NCBI GenBank assembly: GCA_934167445.1
Contig: CAKPKJ010000005.1
Coordinates: 3,071 to 67,070, forward strand
DNA from: an uncultured Clostridia bacterium
GTDB taxonomy: Bacteria; Bacillota; Clostridia; TANB77; CAG-508
DNA: 64,000 bases
Direction of reading: 5' to 3'
Part shown: positions 49,374 through 59,102 of the stretch, in pieces
Layout: each line of letters starts with the position of its first letter
Numbering within the stretch: the stretch's first letter is position 1
Program-made: the position numbers and the translations under genes
The notes under the pieces: model-generated
Seen by the model: only the letters and a program-made list of their open reading frames with translations
Told to the model about the DNA's origin: nothing
Database searches by the model: none

Positions 49374-49575
49374 AATTCTTGAGTTCACCTCCTCTCAAGT
49401 TTGCAAATAATAAATGATATATTTGATACAACATTTATATTATATGTTTTTACTTTTGTCAAGTATATATTATATTTTTTTATAAATTTATACTACCAAG
49501 TCAGCCAATATATTAGTTTATTACGCATTTGAATATCTTTTAATATATTTTTATTTTTTGAATATGGTGAATTTT

Positions 49576-50607
49576 TTAATTTTCTTTAGAGCGTTGATTC
49601 TCAAATGCTTCTTTCATTTTGTCCACAGCTTTATTCTCAACAAATTTTTCGGCTTGGATAATTGTATATTCGAACAATAACGCATCACTGCTTCCATGTG
49701 CCTTTACAACTGGTTTTTTGACACCTAAAAATAATGCTCCACCATATGATTTGTAATCCATTGCTTTTGATAAATCTTTTATTGGTTTGTGTGCTATTAA
49801 ATATGATATCTTAGCAAATATATTTTTTGTAAAACTTTCAACCAAACTTTTCTTTACGAATTTTCCTAAACCTTCTGTTGTCTTTAAAAATACATTTCCT
49901 GTAAATCCGTCTGTTACAATAGCATCTATTTTACCAGAGAAAGCATCTCTTCCTTCTACATTTCCAACAAAGTTTAAATCTAGTTCTTCTGATTTGTCTT
50001 TTAATAAATGATAGCTTTCACGAACTAATTCATTTCCTTTTGTTTCTTCTGTTCCAATGTTTAACAGCCCAATTGCTGGTTTTTCTATACCATATGTATT
50101 TTTCAAATAAATACTAGACATTTGTGCAAATTGTAATAGATTTATTGGTTTACAGTTTGTATTAGATCCTGCATCTATTAAAAGTAATTGGCTTTTATAT
50201 GCAGGCAATATTCCAGCTAAGGCTGGTCTGTCTATTCCTTTTATTCTTCCTACAATTAAAGTTGCTCCTGTTAATAATGCTCCTGAATTTCCAGCAGATA
50301 TAAATACATCTCCTTCATCTTTTTTTAGCATATTAAATCCCACTACCATTGAAGAATCTTTTTTATGTCTAATTGCTACTGTTGGTTGATCTTCCATCTC
50401 TATTGTTTCTGTAGCATTTTGAATTTTTAATCTGTTTGAAATTTCTTCAATTTCTTTTCCGTAAAATTCTTTTACTTTTTTCCTAATTACTTCTTCTTTT
50501 CCGACTAATATTACTTCTGCCTTTACTTTATTTATTGCATTTACAGCTCCTTTTATATTGGCATCTGGTGCATTATCTCCGCCCATTGCATCTAGTATAA
50601 TTTTCAT
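49576..50607 (-). CDS. plsX: Phosphate acyltransferase PlsX
   Basis: MKIILDAMGGDNAP N-terminus. 343 aa. Lies upstream of acpP. Confidence 0.95.
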   Translation of the reverse strand: MKIILDAMGGDNAPDANIKGAVNAINKVKAEVILVGKEEVIRKKVKEFYGKEIEEISNRLKIQNATETIEMEDQPTVAIRHKKDSSMVVGFNMLKKDEGDVFISAGNSGALLTGATLIVGRIKGIDRPALAGILPAYKSQLLLIDAGSNTNCKPINLLQFAQMSSIYLKNTYGIEKPAIGLLNIGTEETKGNELVRESYHLLKDKSEELDLNFVGNVEGRDAFSGKIDAIVTDGFTGNVFLKTTEGLGKFVKKSLVESFTKNIFAKISYLIAHKPIKDLSKAMDYKSYGGALFLGVKKPVVKAHGSSDALLFEYTIIQAEKFVENKAVDKMKEAFENQRSKEN

Positions 50608-50706
50608 TTTGTTTCCCCCATTTTCTAGTCTTATTTCATTTTATTTATAACATACATATTTTATTATTCTTTTGGCAAAAAAGCAATAGTTTTACCGTAA
50701 TAAATA

Positions 50707-50736
50707 TAAAAAATAACAAGAGCTTAAGCTCTTGTT
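50707..50736 (-). terminator. Terminator after tuf
   Basis: AACAAGAGC-TTAA-GCTCTTGTT perfect stem (50715-50736), followed on the minus strand by ATTTTTT. Confidence 0.7.
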
Positions 50737-50749
50737 ATTTTTATGTTTA

Positions 50750-51952
50750 TTATTCGATTATATCAGCTACAACTCCTGAACCAACTGTTCTACCACCTTC
50801 ACGAATAGCAAATCTTAATCCTTTTTCTATAGCGATAGGTGTAATTAATTCGATTGTCATAGATACGTTATCACCTGGCATAACCATTTCTGTTCCAGCA
50901 GGTAGGTCAATAACACCTGTAACGTCTGTTGTTCTGAAATAGAATTGTGGTCTATATCCATTGAAGAATGGTGTATGACGTCCACCTTCTTCTTTAGTTA
51001 ATACGTAAACTTCTGAAGTGAATTTTGTGTGTGGATGGATTGTTCCTGGTTTACAAAGAACTTGTCCTCTTTCAATTTCTTTTCTATCAATACCACGTAA
51101 TAGAACACCGATGTTGTCACCAGCTTCTGCTTGGTCTAATAGTTTTCTGAACATTTCAACACCTGTTACAACAGTTTTCTTTCTTTCTGTTGTTAAACCA
51201 ATGATTTCAACTTCGTCTTGTAATTTAACTTCTCCTCTTTCTACTCTACCTGTAGCAACTGTACCACGACCTGTGATTGTGAATACGTCTTCAACTGGCA
51301 TTAAGAATGGTTGATCGATTGGTCTTTCTGGTGTTGGGATGTAGCTGTCTACTGCATCCATTAATTCTTTAATTGGTTGGTAAACAGGATCATTAGGATC
51401 TGTTGATGTAGATTCTAGAACTTTTAATGAAGATCCTTTGATAATTGGAATTTCGTCTCCTGGGAAACCATATTCTGTTAATAGATCTCTAACTTCCATT
51501 TCTACTAATTCTAATAATTCTGGATCATCTACCATATCACATTTGTTTAAATATACAACAATATATTTAACACCAACTTGTCTAGCAAGTAATATATGCT
51601 CTCTTGTTTGAGGCATTGGTCCATCAGCTGCAGAAACAACTAAGATAGCACCATCCATTTGAGCAGCACCTGTGATCATGTTTTTAACATAGTCAGCGTG
51701 ACCTGGACAGTCAACGTGTGCATAGTGTCTGTTATCTGTTTCATATTCTACGTGAGCTGTATTAATTGTAATACCTCTAGCTTTTTCTTCTGGAGCACCA
51801 TCAATTTGATCATATGCTTCATATTGAGCTTTTCCTAATAATGATAAGTATTTTGTAATAGCAGCTGTTGTTGTTGTTTTACCGTGGTCTACGTGACCGA
51901 TTGTACCGATATTAACGTGTGGCTTTGTTCTTTCAAATTTTGCTTTTGCCAT
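50750..51952 (-). CDS. tuf: Elongation factor Tu
   Basis: [14 protein letters not shown] and NKCD motifs. 400 aa. Confidence 0.98.
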   Translation of the reverse strand: MAKAKFERTKPHVNIGTIGHVDHGKTTTTAAITKYLSLLGKAQYEAYDQIDGAPEEKARGITINTAHVEYETDNRHYAHVDCPGHADYVKNMITGAAQMDGAILVVSAADGPMPQTREHILLARQVGVKYIVVYLNKCDMVDDPELLELVEMEVRDLLTEYGFPGDEIPIIKGSSLKVLESTSTDPNDPVYQPIKELMDAVDSYIPTPERPIDQPFLMPVEDVFTITGRGTVATGRVERGEVKLQDEVEIIGLTTERKKTVVTGVEMFRKLLDQAEAGDNIGVLLRGIDRKEIERGQVLCKPGTIHPHTKFTSEVYVLTKEEGGRHTPFFNGYRPQFYFRTTDVTGVIDLPAGTEMVMPGDNVSMTIELITPIAIEKGLRFAIREGGRTVGSGVVADIIE

Positions 51953-52133
51953 TTTAAAATTCCTCCTTTTTTTGCTATTAAACCGAAATTTAATTAGCTT
52001 TTTATATAAATTAAATTTAATAACTTTGTTGCATAAGCATTTTATAACATTTCTGTAAAAAATGCAAGCCTTTACAGTGAAAATCCTGTAACTTAACTAA
52101 TTTTATATAATAATTTTATATTTTCATTATAAA

Positions 52134-54212
52134 TTAGTCTTTTTTTCTTGAAGCAACAATTGCTTCTAATACTGATTTTGGAACTTCATCATAATGAGAT
52201 GGTTCCATTGAATATGTTCCTCTACCTTGTGTTCTAGAACGAAGTTCAGTTGCATAACCAAACATTTCTGATAATGGTATAAATGAGTGAATTTCTTGTA
52301 CTCCATCAACATTATCCATTCCTTCTAATCTACCACGTCTAGAGTTTACATCACCAATAACATCTCCCATGTATTCTTCTGGAACTGTTATTTCAACTTT
52401 CATAATTGGTTCTAATATAACTGCTCCACCTTGTTTCATACCTTCTTTGAAGGCCATAGCTGCAGCTATTTTGAATGCCATTTCTGAAGAGTCAACTTCA
52501 TGATATGAACCATCAACTAATGAAACTTTGAAGTCTGTAACTGGGTAACCAGCTAAGATACCAGTTTCAGCAGCTTCTCTCATACCTTGTTCAATAGGTT
52601 TAATATACTCTTTTGGAACAGCTCCTCCAACAATTTTGCTTTCGAATTCTATTCCTTTACCTGGTTCTAATGGTTCCATTTCAAACCAAACGTCACCATA
52701 TTGTCCTTTACCACCAGATTGACGAATAAATTTACCTTGAACTCTTACACTCTTTCTAATTGTTTCTTTGTAAGCAACTTGTGGTTTACCTACATTACAT
52801 TCAACTTTAAATTCTCTTTTTAAACGGTCAACTATAATATCTAAGTGTAATTCACCCATACCAGCTATAATTGTTTGACCAGTTTCATGGTTTGTATGAA
52901 CTTTAAATGTTGGATCTTCCTCTGCTAATTTTCCTAATGCAATACCCATTTTTTCTTGAGCTACTTTATCTTTTGGCTCAATAGCAATATCTATAACTGG
53001 GTCTGGGAATTCCATTTGTTCTAATATAACTGGATGATTTTCATCACATAAAGTATCTCCTGTAGTAACATTTTTTATACCAACAGCTGCTGCTATATCT
53101 CCAGCATATACTTTTTCGATATCTTGTCTGTGATTTGAATGCATTTGAAGAATTCTTCCGATTCTTTCTTTTTTATCTTTATTAGAGTTTAATACTGTAG
53201 AACCTGCTTCTAGTGTTCCTGAGTATACTCTAAAGAAACATAATTTTCCAACAAATGGGTCTGTTGCGATTTTGAATGCTAAAGCTGCAAATGGTTCTTT
53301 GTCAGAAGTTTTAACTTCTACTTCGTTTCCATCTGGATCTGTACCTTTAATATGAGGTATATCTATTGGTGATGGCATATAATCAACTATAGCATCTAAT
53401 AATTCTTGAACACCTTTATTTTTATATGAAGAACCACATGTTACAGGTACTATTGTATTAGCGATAGTTCCTTTACGTAATCCTTTTTTGATTTCTTCTT
53501 CTGTTAGCTCTTCACCTTCAAGGTATTTCATCATTAAATCTTCATCTTGATCAGCAACAGCTTCAAGCATAGTTGCTCTCCATTTTTCAGCATCTTCTTT
53601 CATATCGTCTGGAATTTCTTTTTCAACAATATGTTCTCCTAATTTATCATCTTGGATAAATGCTTTCATTTTAATTAAGTCAACTATTCCTTGGAAATTG
53701 TCTTCAGCTCCAACTGGTAATTGAATTGGAACAGCATTTGCGTGTAATCTGTTCTTTAATTGATCAACACAAAGCATAAAGTTAGCTCCTGTGATATCCA
53801 TTTTATTTACATATACCATTCTTGGAACATTGTATTTATCAGCTTGTCTCCAAACTGTTTCTGTTTGTGGTTGAACTCCACCTCTTGCGGCTAAAACTGT
53901 AACAGAACCATCTAAAACTCTTAGAGATCTTTGAACTTCTACTGTAAAGTCAACGTGACCTGGTGTGTCTATAATATTTATTCTATTATTTTTCCAGAAA
54001 CATGTTGTAGCAGCAGATGTAATTGTTATACCTCTTTCTTGTTCTTGTTCCATCCAGTCCATTGTTGCAGCACCTTCGTGAACTTCTCCTATTTTATGAG
54101 TTTTACCTGTGTAAAATAGAATTCTTTCAGTTGTAGTTGTTTTACCTGCATCTATATGGGCCATAATTCCTATATTTCTAGTTCTTTCTAGTGGGTATTC
54201 TCTACCTGCCAT
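52134..54212 (-). CDS. fusA: Elongation factor G
   Basis: [17 protein letters not shown] and NKMD motifs. 692 aa. Confidence 0.98.
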   Translation of the reverse strand: MAGREYPLERTRNIGIMAHIDAGKTTTTERILFYTGKTHKIGEVHEGAATMDWMEQEQERGITITSAATTCFWKNNRINIIDTPGHVDFTVEVQRSLRVLDGSVTVLAARGGVQPQTETVWRQADKYNVPRMVYVNKMDITGANFMLCVDQLKNRLHANAVPIQLPVGAEDNFQGIVDLIKMKAFIQDDKLGEHIVEKEIPDDMKEDAEKWRATMLEAVADQDEDLMMKYLEGEELTEEEIKKGLRKGTIANTIVPVTCGSSYKNKGVQELLDAIVDYMPSPIDIPHIKGTDPDGNEVEVKTSDKEPFAALAFKIATDPFVGKLCFFRVYSGTLEAGSTVLNSNKDKKERIGRILQMHSNHRQDIEKVYAGDIAAAVGIKNVTTGDTLCDENHPVILEQMEFPDPVIDIAIEPKDKVAQEKMGIALGKLAEEDPTFKVHTNHETGQTIIAGMGELHLDIIVDRLKREFKVECNVGKPQVAYKETIRKSVRVQGKFIRQSGGKGQYGDVWFEMEPLEPGKGIEFESKIVGGAVPKEYIKPIEQGMREAAETGILAGYPVTDFKVSLVDGSYHEVDSSEMAFKIAAAMAFKEGMKQGGAVILEPIMKVEITVPEEYMGDVIGDVNSRRGRLEGMDNVDGVQEIHSFIPLSEMFGYATELRSRTQGRGTYSMEPSHYDEVPKSVLEAIVASRKKD

Positions 54213-54280
54213 TTAAAAATCCCCCTTTCTAGGTTTTTTATAAAATTTAAATAATATTTAATTTATTATGTGTAAATTTT

Positions 54281-54393
54281 GATTAAAATTTATAAGATGT
54301 GCGTTTTATGAAATTATTGCAAGCTGATGGCGTACGTTGGTACGTCGAAGTTTGCAATAGTTGAATAAAACACGCATATTATTGATTTTAATC
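54281..54393. repeat. Extended imperfect hairpin repeat, copy 1 (rpsG-fusA spacer); possible structured RNA
   Basis: Nested stems around the apex CGTAC-GTTG-GTACG (54331-54344). Middle stem ATTATTGCAAGCT / AGTTTGCAATAGT, outer stem GCGTTTTAT / ATAAAAC(A)CGC, and a further GATTAAAAT / ATTTTAATC. The 26-nt core GGCGTACGTTGGTACGTCGAAGTTTG (54329-54354) is identical to copy 2. Confidence 0.6.
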
Positions 54394-54399
54394 GAATTT

Positions 54400-54870
54400 T
54401 TACCATTTGTAATGAGCAAAAGCCTTATTAGCTTCAGCCATTCTATGTGTATCTTCTTTCTTCTTAAATGCTCCACCGTTTCCAGCTACAGCGTCTACGA
54501 TTTCACCAGCTAATTTTTCAGCCATTGTTTTTTCATGTCTGTTTCTAGCATATGTTACTAACCATCTTAACCCTAAAGTTTGTCTTCTTTCAGGTCTGAT
54601 TTCTAATGGAACTTGGTATGTAGCTCCACCAACTCTTCTAGCTTTAACTTCTAGAACTGGCATGATATTTTCTAAAGCTGCTTCAAAAATTTCTAAAGGA
54701 TCTTTTCCTTCTTTTTCTTTAATAATGTCAAATGCATCATAAACTATTTTTTGAGCAACTGATTTTTTACCATCTAGCATTATGTTGTTTACTAATTTTG
54801 TAACAACTTTACTGTTATACATTGGATCTGGTAATACATCTCTTTTTGCTATATATCCTTTTCTTGGCAC
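54400..54870 (-). CDS. rpsG: 30S ribosomal protein S7
   Basis: [16 protein letters not shown]... 156 aa. Confidence 0.98.
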   Translation of the reverse strand: MPRKGYIAKRDVLPDPMYNSKVVTKLVNNIMLDGKKSVAQKIVYDAFDIIKEKEGKDPLEIFEAALENIMPVLEVKARRVGGATYQVPLEIRPERRQTLGLRWLVTYARNRHEKTMAEKLAGEIVDAVAGNGGAFKKKEDTHRMAEANKAFAHYKW

Positions 54871-55070
54871 TATTCTTCCCTCCTTAAAATTTTTTCTGAT
54901 GTTTTATTCGGAAAACATCTCGGTACTCTGAAAAGCTTATGCTTTTCCGTATAGTGCTAATAAATCTATTCTAAATTTAAGTACCTTAAGTTTAGTAAGA
55001 ATTACAAGCACTAAAATTGCTAAAACCTAAAAATGAAATTAAAGTTAATTCGCTAATTTTAAAAATGAAA

Positions 55071-55177
55071 TTAATTAGGTATATTGTGCATTTTACGAAT
55101 TTATTACAAGTTGAAGGCGTACGTTGGTACGTCGAAGTTTGTGATAAAAGAGTAAAATGTGCAAGATGCCTGATTTA
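55071..55177. repeat. Extended imperfect hairpin repeat, copy 2 (rpsL-rpsG spacer)
   Basis: Same architecture as copy 1. Apex identical (core at 55116-55141). Middle stem TTTATTACAAGTT / AGTTTGTGATAAA with three G-T wobbles. Outer stem TGCATTTTAC / GTAAAATG(T)GCA with a bulge at the same position as in copy 1. Confidence 0.6.
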
Positions 55178-55187
55178 GTTCATTTTT

Positions 55188-55601
55188 TTATTTTTTAGGT
55201 TTCTTAGCTCCATATTTAGAACGAGCTTGCATTCTGTCCTTAACACCTGCTGTATCTAATGTTCCTCTGATGATATGATATCTAACACCTGGAAGGTCTT
55301 TTACCCTACCACCTCTGATTAATACAACACTATGTTCTTGTAAATTATGTCCAATACCTGGAATGTAAGATATAACTTCGTAACCGTTTGAAAGTCTAAC
55401 TCTGGCAACTTTTCTTAAAGCTGAGTTTGGTTTTTTAGGTGTTACTGTTTTTACAACTGTACATACGCCTCTTTTTTGTGGTGCTCTATTGTTTGTTAAT
55501 TTTTTGTTTTTTGAGTTGTAACCATGGCGAAGTGCTGGAGCTGTAACTTTACTAACTTTATCTTTTCTTCCTTTTCTTACTAATTGGTTAATTGTTGGCA
55601 C
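55188..55601 (-). CDS. rpsL: 30S ribosomal protein S12
   Basis: [11 protein letters not shown]... and ...[13 protein letters not shown] start with an AGGAGGTGA SD 6 nt upstream. Confidence 0.98.
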   Translation of the reverse strand: MPTINQLVRKGRKDKVSKVTAPALRHGYNSKNKKLTNNRAPQKRGVCTVVKTVTPKKPNSALRKVARVRLSNGYEVISYIPGIGHNLQEHSVVLIRGGRVKDLPGVRYHIIRGTLDTAGVKDRMQARSKYGAKKPKK

Positions 55602-55744
55602 TTAAATTCACCTCCTATTTTTATTTTGTAATTTCTAAGCATAAAATCTCTGTGCTTACAAATTCTATTTTGTTACGGAATTGCATATTACACGCAATTT
55701 ACTATAACAACTTATATTCTACCACGGAATAACTTATAAGTCAA

Positions 55745-55771
55745 GAAAAAACTTGGAATTTCTTCCAAGTT
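55745..55771 (-). terminator. Terminator between the 262-aa repeat-protein gene and the rpsL promoter region
   Basis: AACTTGGAA (55750-55758) pairs with TTCCAAGTT (55763-55771), followed on the minus strand by TTTTTCTT. Confidence 0.65.
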
Positions 55772-55809
55772 TTCTTATAGTTTTCTTGATTTTCAACAAT
55801 TTAAATCTT

Positions 55810-56598
55810 TTATCTTTCCTCATTGTCGTCTTTTTCATAATTGGGGTATTCTTGTTCTTTTTCGTTTTTATTACCTATTGAACTTTTTTCTAGGCCATCA
55901 ACTTTAAATTTTTCTTTATATTTTTGTTTTGCCTCTTCTTTATCATAATATCCAATTTCAGTTTTTTCCTCAATATTTTTATGATTTTTTCTCGCTCTCT
56001 TAAGTCTCAATTTAAATTTTAAAAGGCTTACTCCAAACCTGCTAATTGATAATCTTGGGAATATTCTTGATAATCTTGGAAACTCTTTTTCAAAAGTGTT
56101 TGGTCTTGGCAAATATATTTTTTCTGCTAGCTCTAGTGTTTCTTCGCTCATATCCTTTTCCAATATTATTTTTTCTTCTCCAACTATCATTTCTGGTTCC
56201 TCTTCTTCAACTGTCATTTCTGTTTTTTCTTCTCCAGCTGTCATTTCTGGTTTTTCTTTTCCAGCTACCATTTCTGTTTTTTCTTCTTCAGCTACCATTT
56301 CTGGTTTTTCTTCTCCAGCTGTCGTTTCTGGTTTTTCTTTTTCGGCTACTATTTCTGGTTTTTCTTCTTCAGCTGTCATTTCTGGTTTTTCTTCATTCAT
56401 TTCGGAAATAGAACTGTTTAAGTTCTGTTCTTGATATTTTTGTTTTTCTACATATTCTTTAAAATGACATCCTTCACGCTTTCTATTGTTTCTTACAAAA
56501 CCTCTGCTTTTTTTATAGTGTTTCGCCTTGTATGTTTCTGGCTTTTTGCCTAATATCTCTCTTAAATTCTTTATACTTCTTCTTTTATTATTTTCCAT
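55810..56598 (-). CDS. Hypothetical acidic protein with about eight 9-aa (E/K)EKPEM(T/V)A(E/G) repeats
   Basis: Intact ORF. The central region is ...EEKPEMTAEEEKPEIVAEKEKPETTAGEEKPEMVAEEEKTEMVAGKEKPEMTAGEEKTEMTVEEEEPEMIVGEEK... Confidence 0.55.
   Translation of the reverse strand: MENNKRRSIKNLREILGKKPETYKAKHYKKSRGFVRNNRKREGCHFKEYVEKQKYQEQNLNSSISEMNEEKPEMTAEEEKPEIVAEKEKPETTAGEEKPEMVAEEEKTEMVAGKEKPEMTAGEEKTEMTVEEEEPEMIVGEEKIILEKDMSEETLELAEKIYLPRPNTFEKEFPRLSRIFPRLSISRFGVSLLKFKLRLKRARKNHKNIEEKTEIGYYDKEEAKQKYKEKFKVDGLEKSSIGNKNEKEQEYPNYEKDDNEER
56172..56396. repeat. 27-bp tandem repeat array (about 8 copies) inside 55810-56598
   Basis: Repeating unit ...CATTTCTGGTTTTTCTTCTCCAGCTGT... with minor variants. 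The boundaries are approximate. Confidence 0.7.
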
Positions 56599-56634
56599 TT
56601 TAATTTATATTCCTTTTTTTATTTTTCCTACCGA

Positions 56635-58485
56635 TTATCTTTCTACATCATCTTGTTTTTCATTACTCTTTTTATTTTCTATATCACGAGTTGGTTTCCA
56701 TCTAGTTGTTCCTTGTAATACTTGTGTTTTGTCTATTTCACTTTCTACTTTAATTTTCTCTTTAAATTCTTTTGCCTGTGTTTTTTTCTTGTCGTAAAAT
56801 TTTGATGCATTTTCTGAAGTTTGCTTAATCTTATTTGCAACACCATCTGCTCCATCTCCTAATAGTTGAACTGGTTTTAAAGCAGTTAACCATTGCTTAA
56901 ATGTTCTTTTTGGCTTGTCTTCAATAATTTTAGCAAATTCTCTAGCTTCTTCCTTATACTCATTTAATTTTTCAAACCATTTTGCATTTCTGATTTTCCC
57001 AAAAAAGCTAGATGGTCTCCATACATCCATTTTTGTTCTATCATATGTGATAAAATCTTTCATTTTTTCTTGTTCCTGTTTATCTCCACTTAAGGATTTT
57101 ATATAAGAAGTTACAATATTATCTGCATCAAATTGTGATACTCCATAATCTTCAGTTGCCTTTTGTAATGCAAAAAGCACATTAGGGTCTATCTTTTTTC
57201 CTAGTTTTTCAGTAATTAATGATGTTGAATAATTAGGCGAAATTTTTTTGATTGCCTCTTGTATTCCGATTAGATTTCTTTCTTCAACCGTTTTTAAATT
57301 TTTTCTTATTGTTTTAAATTTAAATTTTTCTTGTTGTCCGTTTTTATTTTCTATTGTAATTCCATTACCTATTATAATTCTTTTTATTTTTTCTTGAGCA
57401 TAATGTTTTCCTTCTGGTTTTGTTTCGTTTTGTTCTGATTTTTTTGCTGATTCATTATTCATCGTATTTATAGTTTTATGTTCTTTTTCGTAGTTTTCTT
57501 CAATTCTAACTTGCTCTTCTGGGCTTACAATAATTTCAAATGGATCTTCTTGTTTAGTATTATAATTTTCTTCATTGTCTTTAGTCTCTTCATTTTCATC
57601 TGCTACATATTCAGCTTCTTCTGCTACCTGTTTCGCTTCGTTATTAATTTTTTCAGAGTTTTGTTTTTCTTCAGCTTTTTCGTTTTCATCTACGGTAACA
57701 TCTTCAACTGTTTTTTCTTCTTCCTCAGGAACACTTTTTGCATCCCTTTCTTCATCCTCTAGAACACTTTCTACGTCTTCTTCCTCCGGAATATCTTCTA
57801 CATTTTTTTCTTCTTCTTTTGCTTTTTTATCAGTTAGTTCTTTATAAAAAGGATCTTGAGCTATTTTTTCTATGTCATCTACATCATATCCGTTTACTCT
57901 CATTTTCAAATATTCTATATCTCGAATTTCTTGTATATTATCTTCTATTAATTTATAATCTTTTATTGCATTTTCTTTGTCTTCAAGTTCTGCAACTTTT
58001 GCCTCAGCCATTTTTATCTTTTGAGTAAGGCTGTCTAAATTATTATCTACAAAGCCTGTATTCTTTATTTTTTCAATAACATCATTTCTTTTTTGGCTTG
58101 TCTCTTTTATTAGTTTATTCCATTTTTCTTTTTCTTGTCTTATATCTTCTAGGCTTGCTAAAGCTTCGTCTATTTCTTCTTGTGATGATTTATATTGATC
58201 TAATTTTCTACTTATTAGGTTTAATAGCTCTTCTTTTTCCTTTTTAAATTTTTCACTTTTATCTTTTTTGCTTGCTTGTTTTTCGTTTTTTAATTCAGTT
58301 AATTTATTTTCTAATTCATTTTTATTTCTTTCTAATATCGGTCTTGTTAAAGAGCTTTGCGTAATTTCCAATTGATTGTTTACTTGTTCCAATTCTGTTT
58401 CAGTGTCAACTATTTGTTTACTTAATTCTTCTTGATTTTTTCCTAATTCAATCATTTCGTTCATTTTATTATAAATTTCTTCCAT
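56635..58485 (-). CDS. Large coiled-coil / acidic hypothetical protein
   Basis: I prefer the ATG at 58483-58485 (MEEIYNKMNEMIELGK...) with an AAAGGAGA SD. Long heptad-like E/K/L-rich N-terminal third, an acidic middle, and a more ordinary C-terminal domain. No family recognised. Confidence 0.6.
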   Translation of the reverse strand: MEEIYNKMNEMIELGKNQEELSKQIVDTETELEQVNNQLEITQSSLTRPILERNKNELENKLTELKNEKQASKKDKSEKFKKEKEELLNLISRKLDQYKSSQEEIDEALASLEDIRQEKEKWNKLIKETSQKRNDVIEKIKNTGFVDNNLDSLTQKIKMAEAKVAELEDKENAIKDYKLIEDNIQEIRDIEYLKMRVNGYDVDDIEKIAQDPFYKELTDKKAKEEEKNVEDIPEEEDVESVLEDEERDAKSVPEEEEKTVEDVTVDENEKAEEKQNSEKINNEAKQVAEEAEYVADENEETKDNEENYNTKQEDPFEIIVSPEEQVRIEENYEKEHKTINTMNNESAKKSEQNETKPEGKHYAQEKIKRIIIGNGITIENKNGQQEKFKFKTIRKNLKTVEERNLIGIQEAIKKISPNYSTSLITEKLGKKIDPNVLFALQKATEDYGVSQFDADNIVTSYIKSLSGDKQEQEKMKDFITYDRTKMDVWRPSSFFGKIRNAKWFEKLNEYKEEAREFAKIIEDKPKRTFKQWLTALKPVQLLGDGADGVANKIKQTSENASKFYDKKKTQAKEFKEKIKVESEIDKTQVLQGTTRWKPTRDIENKKSNEKQDDVER

Positions 58486-58617
58486 AGTATTCTCCTTTTT
58501 ATTACTATAATACTCTTTTATTATACAATATATATTATTTTGTTGCAATAGTTTTATGTAAATTAACTTTTCTTTAACAGAATTGTAATATTTTGGTAAT
58601 ATTTGTAACACTTATAG

Positions 58618-58646
58618 TTGAATATTCTCATTTTATATGCTATACT
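58618..58646 (+). promoter_or_regulatory. Candidate sigma-A promoter for 58724-59080
   Basis: TTGAAT (58618-58623), a 17-nt spacer, then TGcTATACT (TATACT at 58641-58646). Followed by a small GGGCA/TGCCC hairpin plus T-run (58658-58679) and the palindrome GCATACA-N5-TGTATGC (58684-58702) before the SD. Confidence 0.4.
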
Positions 58647-58723
58647 TATTATAAGTTGGGCATTTGCCCTTGTTTTATTAAACGCATACAGTGTATGTAT
58701 GCACAAGACTAAGGAGTATTCAA

Positions 58724-59080
58724 ATGTTTAGTTCTATTTTTTTAAAGAGAACCAACAGAAGAAAGTCCTCAAAACAAAAAGTAGCAACCTCTGATCCTAA
58801 TACATCTAATGCAATTTTAGCTCTGCTAGAAGAACTGTATCCAGAAGAGCATTTCGTTATGAGACTAGATTTGGATGAGGATCCAGTCATTTTTGGAAGT
58901 GTTCCATTTTTCGAATTGGTCCTACCATATTTTTTTCTCAGCGTTTTGTATTATCGTATAGACTGCTGCGAGAGTGGGCACGGTGTTTTCTATTATACAT
59001 CTGAGGCTGAGTTTAAAGAAGCGCGTAGGTTGCGTCTTCTTTTTAACCGCCTGATGCGTTATGTTGAAAATGATTACTAA
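58724..59080 (+). CDS. Hypothetical protein (118 aa), compositionally atypical
   Basis: I prefer the ATG at 58724 (MFSSIFLKRTNRRKSSKQKV...) with an AAGGAG SD 7 nt upstream. GC is visibly higher than in the flanks. No family recognised. Confidence 0.55.
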   Translation: MFSSIFLKRTNRRKSSKQKVATSDPNTSNAILALLEELYPEEHFVMRLDLDEDPVIFGSVPFFELVLPYFFLSVLYYRIDCCESGHGVFYYTSEAEFKEARRLRLLFNRLMRYVENDY

Positions 59081-59102
59081 ATCCACGAGGTTGTCTACTT
59101 TT

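Noticed and set aside
55065-55178. 37-aa plus-strand ORF (MKLIRYIVHFTNLLQVEGVRWYVEVCDKRVKCARCLI) running through hairpin repeat copy 2, with a related 18-aa ORF in copy 1
   Set aside because: There is no SD. The frame is open mainly because the region is a GC-richer palindrome. The two copies do not preserve ORF length or start, and the differences between copies are not biased to synonymous sites. It is more likely RNA or DNA structure than coding sequence.
56046-56434. Plus-strand ORFs of 121 and 112 aa inside the 262-aa repeat-protein gene
   Set aside because: They are antisense products of the 27-bp tandem repeat and consist of low-complexity L/F/S sequence. The same explanation applies to the antisense ORFs at 57478-58028, 41886-42200 and 1180-1573.
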